The translations under genes and the position numbers were made by a program. Of a DNA stretch of 64,000 bases, positions 13,826 to 26,733 are shown in pieces. The notes under the pieces are model-generated. The model worked only from the letters and a program-made list of their open reading frames with translations. It was not told the origin of the DNA and did not search any database. Numbering within the stretch: the stretch's first letter is position 1; each line of letters opens with the position of its first letter. Source of the stretch: Octopus vulgaris. Its lineage: Eukaryota. The stretch spans positions 138,074,001 through 138,138,000 of the forward strand of contig OX597817.1 of the NCBI GenBank assembly GCA_951406725.2. The letters run 5' to 3'.

Positions 13826-14425
13826 ATATGTGTGTGCATGTGTGTGTGGTGTGTGCTTGTGTGTATGTTTTCGTGTAAAATATGGTGTATCACGCGCAAC
13901 TCTCAGGTGTGCGACAAACCTTTTCGATACTTTATGGTAGAAACGAATATTAATGATTTATTTATTAGTGATACTGAATTTGTCAGTTCTTAAATGGTTA
14001 AAAGAATGCATCCACGGTGTAACTAAGTCCAGTCAGTAACAACGTTGCATTTTATCCGCCAGTAATACCAGTAATATACTGGGGTCCCTTCAAACCACTA
14101 TAGCCCTCCTCTTTTACAAACTGATTTTAATTCCTAGTTAAAGTTCCTTTCCCTAATTTTCTTGAGAAAAACATAAACATCCTCTTACCCCCACTAGGTG
14201 TTATAATGGTTTAATCGGGCAAATTGATAGAAACTATTAAATACCAGTAATTATATTGCGGAGTACCCTGTACTAAATGACATGCACTGCTTATTACTTT
14301 CCTTCGGCATTCCGAGTTTAATTCCCCCGTGGTTGACTCTACTTAACACTACCCCCGGGGAGTCCCAAAAAATCTAGGGTTTCAGAAATGTACTACACTG
14401 ATTCAATCGCCTTAACTCTATATCA

Positions 14426-14487
<62 letters not shown>

Positions 14488-15063
14488 ACCTCCCTCCCTC
14501 TTTCTCTCCCTTCCCCACTCAAAGACACACAAAATGATCGACCTTCAAGTTAACTAGTTCATAATTTTGGAAGTGTGTCAACAAGCAAGGAATATTCACG
14601 GATATAACAAAAAGAACAAATCAAAAAATATTTTTTCTTGTTTATTTCCTTTATAATAACATAATGATTTTAAAAAATGACTGATAAACAATAAACATTT
14701 GATTGGCTAAAATAACACACGTGACAGTAACATATATCTGGATAAGTTTGCTCTCTAACTTTTGATTGTAATGTGTAGCCTTTTCATATTCTTTTCACAG
14801 ATTCTCATTTACCCAGCAATAAATTTGAGGCAATGTATGTTTATATGAAAACAAACTTGTTATTTCATTGTCAAAAATATAGTTATCAGTTCTAATATGT
14901 TACATACCATGTGGCTTTCATAAGAACTCGCTTGAAAGTTCGACGTAAAATATTTTCTCTCTCAAACGATTCAATTTCGTCGATGTAATAGTTTTCAGGG
15001 GAGTTTTATTGAAAATTGTATCGTTTGTTCTTTTTATATGTTTATATACATATATACATGTGT

Positions 15064-15127
<64 letters not shown>

Positions 15128-16059
15128 GCCATGCTTTTAACTCTGCCATGAGCATATTCATAACATTAATATTGACATGTCAACTAGAATAAGAAAATAC
15201 GAAAAATATTCCTTCAGAATATTTTAGGAATTTATTTAACGCTTCCAGTTTGTGTAAACCTTTTATCAATTTAGCATCAGTTAGAAATGTAAGGCTATTA
15301 AAGTAGATGTGTAAAGTATATTTCGTTGAATGGGTTTGTGCGTTGTGTGTGTGTGCACGCGCATGTGTGTAGCCCGAGTAATTGAGTAAAGGTGACTACG
15401 TGTATGTGTTCGAATGAAAGTTGGGTTTTGTATTTGCTTGAGTAAGTATGTTGGTAGGATTGTGTGCATTCTTATGCAAGGAAACTGTGAAAGTAAGAAG
15501 ACAAAGCAAAGAAAAGCGATGAATATATTTGACTTTCTCGCATCAATGTAAGAATGTGAACTTATAATACAGTGTCTTTTCGAAAAGTGAAATAAATATT
15601 TGGTATCAGAGAAATTGGTAGAAACAAACAAATCAAAGCGAAAACTCGGTGTCCACGTGATCAAATTCGTTCTATTCAGTTGTGTGGCAACTTCCGTATG
15701 CTTCATAATTCTACTGTTTGAAAAGGTCACCTTAGCAGCAGCTTTTTATAGAACTGTAACAATTCGATGTAGTGTAGCAGAATGCGTTGAAAAACTTTCG
15801 GTTTTTATAATAAGCTTCTTCTTTCCAGTAGAGGAATTTGTTGTTTTGAAAGGTCATATGAGAAATGTGTTATGTTGATTGCTAACACTGTTGTCAGGAC
15901 GAATATAGGGCGGTGCTTTCACTTGAATTATTATATTTAAATAAAGTAAAATAAAAGTTTTAAAAAGCATCATTCATTACAATACAGTCATTTTGTAATG
16001 TTGCACCTTGTTGTAGCTTTTTGGTTAATATCCCTGATACGCGGTGTTGATATGTAGGG

Positions 16060-16380
16060 GGAAATATGGCCGAATGTTTGGGAAAGTCACTTTGCAACCT
16101 TATGGCTGGGGTTCGAGCCCAAGAAATGGCAGCTTAGGCAGATGTTAGGGTAACCGGAAGCTATACAGAAGTTTCTCGAATGCATTGCATCCGTAGATCA
16201 AAGTTATTACTTTGCCATATACTGTATCACCCTGATTCTACCCGGGAATTGCCTTAACAATACACGTGTCTATGGAATATTCAGCCGCTTACACGTTGAT
16301 CAGAGGCAAGTAATTCACTTGATTGAAGATCCACCACAACTAGATACGGTGTTGCGGGTTGAACAGGTTCGATTCTTTAC
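16060..16380 (+). mobile_element. Highly diverged tRNA-headed SINE (tail resembles family C)
   Basis: TGGCCGAATG...GGGTTCGAGCCC head. TACACGTGTCTATGGAATATTCAGCCGCTTACACGTT matches the reverse complement of 27237-27272. Confidence 0.55.
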
Positions 16381-16860
16381 AGTGACTGAGCAGTTCCCTT
16401 TTGATAAAAGGTTCCTTTTAAAATGAATGATAATCAAATGTTGTCTGTATCTATCATCTCTCTATTTCTCTCTCTCTCTCCCTCCCTCTATTTCTCTCTT
16501 TCTCTCTCTCTAAAATGACTTGTACAAAAAATAATATGGAAACCACTCGTTTAACAAACAAGCAAAATGGCAGACACACATAGGTACAAGAAGCACATAT
16601 ACACATACACACACAAGTGAATGCAAGTGTGTGTGTGTGTGTGTGTGTAGGTGTGTTTCTCGGTGTGTGCGTGTTTGTGTGTGTTTGTGCTTGAGTGGGG
16701 GGGGCAGTGTCTCTGTTGTGTGTGGGTGTGTTTCTAAGTCTGTGCGTGTGTTTCTGTGTGTGTGTGTTTTGTGTGTGCGTGTTTGTGCTTGTGTGTGTGT
16801 AGGTGTGTTTCTATGTGTGTGTGTGCGTGTGTTTCTCTTTGTGTGCGTGTTTGTGCTTGT

Positions 16861-16898
<38 letters not shown>

Positions 16899-17397
16899 TT
16901 AATACTTTTCTGAATTGAAAGGCTTCGTAGAATTTCAGCTTATCTCCAGTTTCGTAACATTAAGCCGGATAAGAGAAAACCAGATTATTGCAAACAATTT
17001 TTGCTGCTTGAGGGAATTTAGTTTTACGAATGAAATAATCAAGTGTCACTTCGACATGTCATCGCTATTTACATCTGTGAACGTGGCCTTCATTTTAGCA
17101 CTGCATTCACTCGTCCAGTGGTCAGTTTTATGCGTTGACCACATTCGATCTGCACACATCACGTGAGTCTCGTGTGGTTCGTCAGAGACAGGCGGAGTGC
17201 GACCACTTGCTTCACACCACACTGAATTAAGGCACAGGTGCGTCAGAGGGTATCCACCTGTGTCCGTATGTGGGCGCGGCTGGAAGTGTTTTTGTGTGTG
17301 TGTGCAAGTGTGTCTCTGTATGTGTGCATGTTTGTGTGTAACGACGACAATAAGAATAACAACAATCCACAGTTAGTTCAGAAAGCGAGAGAAAGAG

Positions 17398-17480
<83 letters not shown>

Positions 17481-18101
17481 GTGTGAGTGTATGCATACAA
17501 CAGCCAATGCAAGTGATTTTAAAATATTTTCTTTGAAGAAATAAGAACAGATTCTGGGTGTTTAGGAAGCCAAACCGTAGCGATGGAGCCAACCGTTTCG
17601 CTTGACAGTGTTCCTGTCTCTTTGATCCAGATCTTCTACAATAGACGGGACAGGTTCACTCGAGGCTGATAACCAAATAAGTCTACCTCGAAATTATGGA
17701 GAACGGGTTTGGAGCAATAATTATTGTCTTCGGGGCAGGTTCTTTATTGGAATCACATCTATTTCACAGATGGAATATATAAAATGTGAATTCCTTCATT
17801 GTTAGGGGTACTGCCCCGCCCTCCCACGGTATCTTCTAACAAATCCTCAATGTGTCTGGTGTCAAGGCTACATTTTGTCTTTCTTTTATTTTTAATTCTT
17901 TCGGTCATTGGAGCATCGTCTTGAGGAGAATGTTCAGCCGAGCAAATTGACCCCTGGACATGTTTAAGCTTGTAACTTCTTCGATAGGCCTTTTTAGTTG
18001 AACTGCTAAGTTCGGGGGACCTAAACAAACATAGATACATACATGCATACACACACACATGCACACACATATACATATACCTACATGCATACATACATAC
18101 A

Positions 18102-18132
<31 letters not shown>

Positions 18133-18134
18133 GC

Positions 18135-18297
18135 TAGAGGCTTCCTCACAATTTCCTTCAACTATTTCATTCGCAAGATATTGGTTAGTCCGAGACTATA
18201 ATAAAAAACACTTTCCCAATGTGCCGTACAGAGAGAGTGAACCCGAAACCACTTGTTTGCAAAGTGAGCTTCTTAACCACATAACAAGGCGAACGCC
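18135..18297 (-). mobile_element. SINE family B 5' fragment
   Basis: Reverse complement of a tRNA-like head (GTGGTTAAGAAGCTCACTTTGCAAAC...GGGTTCACTC) followed by GGCACATTGGGAAAGTG. Confidence 0.6.
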
Positions 18298-18298
18298 T

Positions 18299-18508
18299 AA
18301 TCCGTATTTCATCATCCATATTTCATAACCCATATTTCATAACCCGTATTTCATAATCCAGATTTCATAATCCAGATTTTATATTCCACATTTCATAACC
18401 CATATTTCATAATCCATATTTCATAATCCATATTTCACAATCCATATTTCATAATCCACATTTCATAACCCATATATCATATTCCATATTTTATAACCCA
18501 TATTTCAT
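18299..18508. repeat. 14-bp minisatellite (CCATATTTCATAAY) x ~15
   Basis: Direct reading of tandem CCATATTTCATAAC/T units. Confidence 0.95.
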
Positions 18509-19348
18509 GTCTTTCACTACGAAAGAAATGACGCAGGGACACGGCGTTTATTTCTTTAAACGGTCAACAAAACATAAATGATTGATTTCATATCCACTGG
18601 CAGTGATGGACTTGAATAGTCCAAGGATTTCCTGACGTGATATTCTCCTGTATACCAATATGCGACGATGTTATATGTCTTCTCCCCAGACCAACGCTCA
18701 TTATAGATTTATAATCAAAGATAGCCAAACCATGACCATCTTGTCTTATGTTTTACTGTCATCTGCTATCGAATATTATGTAGTATTAGATACCAACACT
18801 TTAAAATAGTAAACTGTGATTTAAGGGAAATTTGGCTGTTATTTCCAGAACATCGAATCACTTGTTAGAGCTCTGTTGTTGACGCGTTAAAAACAGAATT
18901 ATTCGCTTCTGAATGATTCAATGGTTTGTGGAATTGACCAATATTTGTTAATCTGTATGTGACGAGATGTTATCAATTAGGAACCAAACATACTTTCCAC
19001 AACTCACCGTTTAAATATACAAAAGTTTTGTTGTCTGGAAACTTGTCCTTGTCTTACACTGTTTCCGAGACTCCATCAAAAGAATAGATTTTTGACGAAA
19101 TGTCGATTCTTTTGTTCTTTATTGACATCTGGCTAAGAATTAAGAATTGGTAAATGAGAAAGTTAAATTCCAATTTTCTATAGATCAGAAATATCTTTTG
19201 TACCATTTTGTTTGTTCTGTTTCAAAGTAGAATAAAACTTCAAGAATACCAACATTGATTTCTTCGACAATTTCCACATATTGTACGCATAACATACGAG
19301 GTATTGATGTCTGTTGTTTAATGGTGTTTAATCTAATACACAAACACA

Positions 19349-19456
<108 letters not shown>

Positions 19457-19849
19457 CCACGTGAACACACATTCATTCACACACGTGCATACATACATAT
19501 ACACATACGATTGACTCTGCTAGAGAATGTCTAACGGATTCGAAAACCTTGTTTTCAAATGACGTAGTTGATCATTCGTTACACCCTTTACAAAGACCAT
19601 CTGTAAGTGAAACAGTAAAAATATACAAGATATTTTAAAAGTTCGATGTTCAAATAACGATTTTTGTTATCTAAATTTCAGTGACGGCATTCTGTTACTT
19701 TGTTAAAAACAAGATACTTCTTTGCAAAAAGAATTCAGTGATATACATACATGAATACTGCGAAGAATTTAAATACAACTCTAGGAAATTCATACATACA
19801 TACATACATACATACATACATACATACATACATACATACATACATACAT

Positions 19850-20372
19850 GGTGGCTGCCCCCTCGTTATCGAGTATGGTCATTGCGCGAAGCTTAATCAA
19901 TGTTGTTACCGTGTAATGCCTGTGCAAGAAGATTTTTTTTTAAGTGAGGAAAGGCTGTGCACTGAGTCAATCCAACTCACTAAGCAACAGCAGCCATAAT
20001 CCGAAAAGAAGAACAAGTCAACATCATCGGTAACCACTGCGCCGCAGGTTTTATGTCGGAGTTATCCCAGTTACCTGAATTACCTTCTCCTAGGATGCCC
20101 TAGCAGAGGCTAGGAGTCCTTCACTCCCAATGGCTTATCCGCGCGATCGGGTATTCAGTCCGATTATTTCTATGTCTCCGCGCATGATACAGCTTTAAGA
20201 CATTTATTGGATGGCCGTTCACTCTCAAGAGTTCCTCCGCCTTTTGACGGGTTTTGTTTTTGATCCCGCAGGGTGTCCAATAAACACCCTCCTCACCAAG
20301 CTAGCTTGGTGGGGTTGCCGGTTTCGTCGCCGACGACCCGACCATCCAACAGGTTGTACTGGGTTAGACAAG
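19850..20372 (-). mobile_element. GC-rich non-coding retroposon, probably derived from an RTE 5' UTR
   Basis: - strand GGCATCCTAGGAGAAGGTAA...AAACC resembles RTE 5'-UTR motifs. Hairpin CACCAAGCTAGCTTGGTG. Flanked by CATACA and abuts the truncated Tc1 element. Confidence 0.45.
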
Positions 20373-20374
20373 CA

Positions 20375-21412
20375 TACAGTTTCTAAAATGCACCATAAAT
20401 GTTCAATAATATTGAAATCTGGGGACTATGGTGGCAAGATAAGATGTTCAACTTCACTAGAATATTCCTCGTGCCATTCACTAACAACTTTAGCTGTATG
20501 AATTGGTGCATTATCATCCTGAAAAATTGCATTTCCCTCTGGAAACAGTCCCGCAACCATAGGATGAATTTGATCAGATAAAATGCTTAAATGGTCTTGA
20601 CTATTAATTCTGCTATGAAGGGAAACCTTTGGGCTGGCGAATTTCCAAGATATAGCCCCACCAGATCATCACAGATCCTCGTCCATGTTTAACAATTGGA
20701 AGAAGACAGTCTGGGTCAAATGCTTCTTCTGGCTATCTTCACACATATACTCGGTTGGTGTTCAGAAATAAGGTAAAGGATGACTCGTCCGAGAAGATTA
20801 CATTCTTCCACTCCTCTAGGGACCAATTCTGTAGGTTTTTACTCCACTCTAAACACTTTGCAGCGTTTGCTTTTGAAAGTGGTGGTTTTCCGATTGCAGC
20901 CCTCCCGTGATATACGGCTTTGTGCAGCTCCCGGCAAACAGTTTTTATGGAAACTGGATTCCCGAGGTGGTCATTAAGCTCTGCAGTAATTTTGGGAGCT
21001 GTACTTTTGTGATCCTTTCTAACAATTCGCATAAGAATCCGACGGTTCCTATCAGAAAGTTTTTGTTTTCTTCCGGATTTTTGTTTCGACGAAGAGTTTT
21101 TCCCCTCTTTCTCAACAGCACTTCTTGATACACCAAACATTTCGGCTGTTTTCGTTATGCTAGCACCTGCTATATGAGCACCAACAATTTGACCTCGTTG
21201 AAAGTCCAATAGATCTGTCATTTTAATGAATTTTAATTACCTTTTTCTGATAATATCTGAAAAGAAACAACAATTTTAGCAAAACATATTAAACAACACT
21301 AATAATAAATAAAAAAAAACATAAAAATAAACAAGCTTTTGACGGTTTTATAGATATTTCAAAATTATGATGCTGTGGTGCTAGGTGTTTCCATTATTTT
21401 GTCCAACCCTTG
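20375..21412 (-). mobile_element. Tc1-type transposon, 3'-truncated
   Basis: ORF 20739-21221: FQRGQIVGA...KSGRKQKLSDRNRR (HTH), WKNVIFSDES (first catalytic D). Terminus TA|CAAGGGTTGGACAAAATAATGGAAACACC at 21412. Confidence 0.92.
20739..21221 (-). pseudogene. Tc1 transposase N-terminal half (continues frameshifted to ~20380)
   Basis: 160-aa ORF with paired-like HTH and IFSDES motif. Confidence 0.9.
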
Positions 21413-22765
21413 TATGTATATGTGTGTGTGTGTGTGTGTGTGTGCGTGTGCATGTGTGTGTATGTATATATATTTATTTATTTACTTATTTATGAAAGCA
21501 TTTATGCGTATATGTATGTATGTGTGCACATATATACATATAGATGGATGGATAATTGTATTATGTATATATGTATGTATGTATGAATGTATGTGTGTGT
21601 ATGTGTGTGTATGTGTGTGGAAAGAGTAAACGAATAAACGGTGGACAGGACAACACACTGAACTTTTGACCTAAAAGCAAAATTTGTCATAATATATTCT
21701 GATAAATTCAAATATGTCTGCCGCTCGCGGAATATCACAGAATTTCCGTAACGAGGTGTGGCTGATGAAGAACAGGAGTGGAGTCATGTTTTAGAAATTC
21801 ATTCAAGATTTTCTGTCTGTGTGTCTTTGTGTCTGTGTGGTTGCCTTCGTTCCTATCGATGAAAGTCCGTATGTGAGCAGTTAAGCTGTGAGAAACAGCT
21901 TTACATATAATGTGTGTGCAATGCTTGTATTAATGAATGTTTGTTTCTTTCCGTCGGATCTTGCCTGATTTTCTGTGTGAGTATGCAACTTAGAACATGT
22001 GTATGCTTTGAGTCAGCCAAAATCAAACGTGTGAGAAGGTTTAAGAAGGTTTAAGAAGATTGGTGTTTCAATGTCTGTGGTTAGAATGATAATAAATTAC
22101 AATTTTGCGCTAAAAAAATTTCAAGATCATTAAAAGCAAACTAGTGTAATGGAATCGAATCACAATATTGTTATTTGAAGATCGATGTACTTATACTGAA
22201 CATTTGGTTTTAACAGAACTGAAAACAACGAAGCAATATGAACAGAGAAATAAATTGATAAAAAGCAGTAAATTGATAGAAAGGCAATAAAAAATATTGG
22301 CGAAGATTTCTTGTGTTGACACGAGGTCAATTTATTATGTTTGGTATCTATTTAGTCTGGCATCGAAGAACGGGAAATAAAACTGGGACAAGCACTAGAA
22401 TGGCACCAGCTCAAAACGTGTACAAGTGTAGAACTGTTTCTGTCATTAGATTTTTTCAGTAAATTATGAGAAAACGAGACAAGAATACAGCTGCCTAAGA
22501 AAGACAAATTAATTAAAAATGAATTGAAAGGTTCCCAATGAATAACGATCGATGAATAAAGCTTGATGAATAAAGCTAAGAAGTCCCTTGGTCTAGATTG
22601 TTTCTCAAATTCACATGTATTCTATCTGCATCAAAAACAATTATTTAGAGGTTTTACATATCTGACAGTGTTTTTGCATCCATTAACAAGCAAACTATAA
22701 GATTATGCTGAGAAGAAAATAAAGTAATATTAACCAATGACGAATAAAATATTGGTATCGCTTGA

Positions 22766-22998
22766 AGCGGCGAACCGGCGGAATCGTTACCGTGCCGGAG
22801 AAAGTGCTTAGCGACATTTCTTCCAACTTCAGGTTCTGAGTTGAAATGTCACCGAGGTCGACTTTGCGGACTTCACCTGTTTGAGGGTGGATAGAATAAA
22901 TACCAGTTGAACACTGGGGTGAGTCGATATAAACGACTTATCTCCTCCCTCGAAATTGCTGGCCTTGTGCCAGAATTTGAAACCAATAATAATAATAA
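22766..22998 (+). mobile_element. SINE family A, tail type 2 ending in (AAT)n
   Basis: GCGGCGAACCGGCGGAATCGTTA...GAGGTCGACTTTGC...CGAAATTGCTGGCCTTGTGCCAGAATTTGAAACC(AAT)n. Confidence 0.85.
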
Positions 22999-23086
22999 TC
23001 CTTCCTACTATAGTCACAACGCCTGAAATTTGGTGGGGAAGGGTTTAATCGATTCCAGGATGTAATTGATATTTATTTCATCGACC

Positions 23087-23159
<73 letters not shown>
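23087..23159. repeat. (AAT)n microsatellite
   Basis: Direct reading; abuts the 5' end of the R4/Dong-like element. Confidence 0.97.
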
Positions 23160-24212
23160 TGGTACAGTCCCTAGCAGGGATATAATTACCGAATGGAGAC
23201 TTAATTAAGCAAATTAAAACGGTAGGTTCCAAATACTTTGGTATTCAACAAAGAAATGGAAAAGGAAATGAAAGAGCAATTGAGGATGGAGTATTTCCGA
23301 AGACTGAGATTGGTGTTGCGCTCAACATTGACTGGATGGAATAAAATCCAAGCAGTTAATACATGGGCGATAGCATCACTTCGGTATGGAGCAGGAATTA
23401 TGCAATGGCAAAGGAGACAAGTAAAGAAAATGGATGCCAAGACCAGATAAATGTTGACAGTACACGGAGCCACCCTAAAAGTGACACCGATAGGCTGTAC
23501 TTATTCAGAAGAATGGGTGGGAAAGGTTTAATTAGTTGCCAGGAGTGTATCGAAGCAGAGGAAAACAGCTTAGGATGGTATGTAAAAAAATGCCGTGGAG
23601 CCACTGATGAAACACACGAAGAAGGCCGGCGTCATCAAAACTGAAAATTGTGTGACTGAAGAAAAATTTAAACAAGAAATGAAGGAAAATAGAAATAGCA
23701 TGGAAAGAAAAGAAAATGTACGGTCAGTTTGCAAGAGATATGAATCCCAAGACAGATACAGAGGACCGGTGGCTATGGATGAGGTGGAGTGACCTGATGA
23801 TGGAGACAGAAGCATTCATATGCGTAGCTCAGGAACAAGCGTTAAAGACCAACTATATGAAGTGCAGAATAGACACCTCTACCGACACCGACAAATGCAG
23901 AATGTGTGGCGAGAGGGGTGAAACGGTATGGCACATAGCAAAAGCCCGAAATTGGCACAACGCGAATACAAATGACGCCATGACAATGTGGCAGGAATGA
24001 TCCATTGGGAACTCTGTGGAAATCACAGATTACAATCAAAGAGAAAAGACGTGGTATGAACAAACTCCAGAAGGAGTCACCAAAAATGAGAACCGCAAAA
24101 TCCTGTGGGATGTAATGATTCAATACGATCACCCGACCAGACATCGGAAACCGGACATTGTTGTGGTGAATAAAAAAGAAAGAACATGTCTGATGATCGA
24201 CATAGCATACCT
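23160..24212 (+). mobile_element. R4/Dong-like non-LTR element (RT C-terminus, CCHC, REL endonuclease), decayed
   Basis: Peptides EYFRRLRLVL...NKIQAVNTWA, HPKSDTDRLYLFRRMGGKGL, ETEAFICVAQEQALKT...CRMCGERGETVWHI and ILWDVMIQYDH...KPDIVVVNKKERTCLMIDIA. Confidence 0.9.
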
Positions 24213-24606
24213 ATGTATCAAATTCGGGCCAACGACTTTATATAACACCACGCTTCCATAAATTTCATCATATATAAATATTACCATGGCCTTCAACATA
24301 TAAAAAGATTATATATATATATAAGCACAGAAGGTAAAAAATATATATGCCCATAAAAATATAAAATATATAGAACGTCCTGTCAAGAAAAGATATATAC
24401 AAATCGACTAAAATAGGTAATCAAAATGAATTACTAAAGCGTGTCAAGCGACTAAAACACTAAAAATATCAATCGACCCCCCCCCCCAAAAAAAAGGATT
24501 TTACTCCCCTCAATTAAAAATATATCAAAATAGTTCGTTTCTCAAAAACCATGGAAGGTTGAAATCCAAGGAGCGTAAGAGAGTTCCACAAAATCAAGTG
24601 AAAACA

Positions 24607-24690
24607 CATCTATGGCTATTTCGGGAGTTCAATGCCGAGGTCCGATTGCGAGTTAAAACGCATCTCGGCAATGACCCCCTCATCAGGATC
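24607..24690 (-). ncRNA. Minimal type I hammerhead motif with long stem II
   Basis: - strand: GAUC CUGAUGA GGGGGUCAUUGCCGAG...CUCGGCAUUGAACUCCC GAAAU AGCC AUA GAU. Core intact, ~15-bp stem II, stem I AUC/GAU. Confidence 0.7.
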
Positions 24691-24706
24691 AACGGGAAAT
24701 TCACAA

Positions 24707-25590
24707 TCAAGTTTTACCTTTAAAAAAATTTTGCAATCTTCGAAACAAATGGTAATCTAATGGTGCAAGATCAGGTCTATATGATGGATGTGACATCACT
24801 TCCCAACCAAACTCCAGTAATTTTTCACGAGTTAGCAAAGACGTGTGTAATCTAGCGTTGTCATGATGGAACACGATTCCTTTACAATTTCCCAATTGTG
24901 GCCAATTTTCTTTGATTACTCCCTTCAGTTTCATTAGCTGTTGGCAGTAAATATCTGAATTGATCGTTTAGTTTCTTGGAAGCAGCTAAAAAAATCCACA
25001 GCGCCTTTCTAATCCCACCAAATTGACAGCTTGACCTTTTTTCATACAATTCAGCTTTCAATGTGGTTTGTGTTCGTTCATTACACTTGGACCATGATCG
25101 TTTTCTATTGATGATTCGTTTCAAAAAAGGTCGATTTCACTGCATTTGAGATACATGTCGCAAATATTGATTCGTTGTGTTAAGTGAATCTCTTTCAATT
25201 CATGTGGAACCCAAATATCGACCTTCTTAACGACTCAAGACATTTTAAATGATTTGCAATTGTTGTGTGTGATACATTTAACCTCTCTGCAATCTCTCGC
25301 ACAGTTATATGACAATCAGATTCAATTGTGGTTTTGATTCGGTCATCATCAACCTCAGTAGGTCGACCAGAACGTTTGTTATCTTTGAGTGAAAAATTTC
25401 CAGAACAGAATATCTGAAAACCATTTCTGACATGTGAGTTCTATTAAGCAATCAACACCATAAACTTCACATATCTCTTTGTGAACCTCAGCAGCTTTCT
25501 TGCCTTAACGAAAATAAAAAAAAGCAAAACATGGCGAGAATGTTCGTTTTTGCACTCCATGTTAAAATTGACACTGAACTAACAAATGTA
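24707..25590 (-). mobile_element. mariner (DD34D) transposase remnant
   Basis: GIVFHHDNARLHTS...GWEVMSHPSYRPDLAPLDYHLF, plus an upstream decayed HTH region. Confidence 0.92.
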
Positions 25591-25624
25591 AACAAAATAT
25601 ATATATATATAAAGTTAATCTAAA

Positions 25625-25712
25625 CATGAAAACACAAAGAGAAAACACAACAATGCGAGGACGTGGAACAATTATAGTATTATTGTACGCTCAGGAAGGA
25701 AGGGAAGAAGGA
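25625..25712 (-). repeat. PLE-terminus-like fragment related to 33310-33400
   Basis: Reverse complement TTCCTGAGCGTACAATAATACT...TTGTTCC aligns with TTCCCGAGCGTCAAACTAATAC...TGTTCC. Confidence 0.45.
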
Positions 25713-25789
<77 letters not shown>

Positions 25790-26397
25790 GGCGTGTTGGC
25801 TTTTAATATACGGAATCATTCTATATGAAAATGCTAAAAGGGCAATAAATTTTATATTAATTTTATAAATAAAAAAGTAAATAAATATTACGTAAATGTT
25901 AAAGATATATTTTTACGTATTTAATATAGAAATGGTTAAACAGTGATGAAAAATTAATTTAAAAAATTTTAAATATGTCTTAAATAGCATGTTTGATATC
26001 GGGAAGAATATAAGAGGATATGATAGAAAATATGATAGAAAATATTGTTGTAGATTTAAATGGTGGAAGGAAATGACGACACTTTAAATGAAAACTCAAT
26101 TCATGAATGAAAGTATGTAAGATAAAGGAAATATTAACATGAAGGTAATATTGTTCGTATAAAAGTGGGAGTGTGGGAATAGGTTTAGGACTTAAAAAAA
26201 ACGAAATAAGTGGATGATTAAGCAAAAGGATAACTCAAATAAATAAAAGTAAATTAAATAATTCAAAATTTTAAAATGTTTTGAAAATTAAAAAGCTAAA
26301 AGGAAAACGCTGGAAATTAAGAAATTTATGAAATAAAGACTTAAAAATGAGGAGCTGAAATTGAAATTAAGGAATTTTAAAATATACCAAAATATAA

Positions 26398-26475
<78 letters not shown>

Positions 26476-26596
26476 ATGTATGTATGTATGTATGTATGTA
26501 TGTATGTATGTATGAACTTGAAGTGTAAAAATATTGGAGAATATTTGGGTTTATTACGAAGAATAAAAGAATAATAAAAACAAATATAAGAATAGA

Positions 26597-26733
26597 TCTT
26601 TTCTACTCTAGGCACAAGAGCCGAAATTTTGAGGGAGGGGGCCAGTCGATTAGATCGACCCCAGTAGGCAACTGGTACTTAATTTGTCGACGCCGAAAAG
26701 ATGAAAGGCAAAGTCGACCTCAGCGGATTTTGA
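26597..26733 (-). mobile_element. SINE family A fragment, tail type 3
   Basis: Core GATGAAAGGCAAAGTCGACCTC. The tail reads AAAATTTCGGCTCTTGTGCCTAGAGTAGAAAAGA on the - strand. Confidence 0.85.

Noticed and set aside
15600-15878. 92-aa ORF with a hydrophobic stretch
   Set aside because: TTG start, no recognisable motif, and no splice or homology support.
18299-18508. CRISPR-like periodicity
   Set aside because: Contiguous tandem units with no spacers, in a eukaryotic context.
21756-21810. CTGATGA AGAACA...TGTTTT AGAAA hammerhead-like motif
   Set aside because: Stem I does not pair and stem II is out of register.
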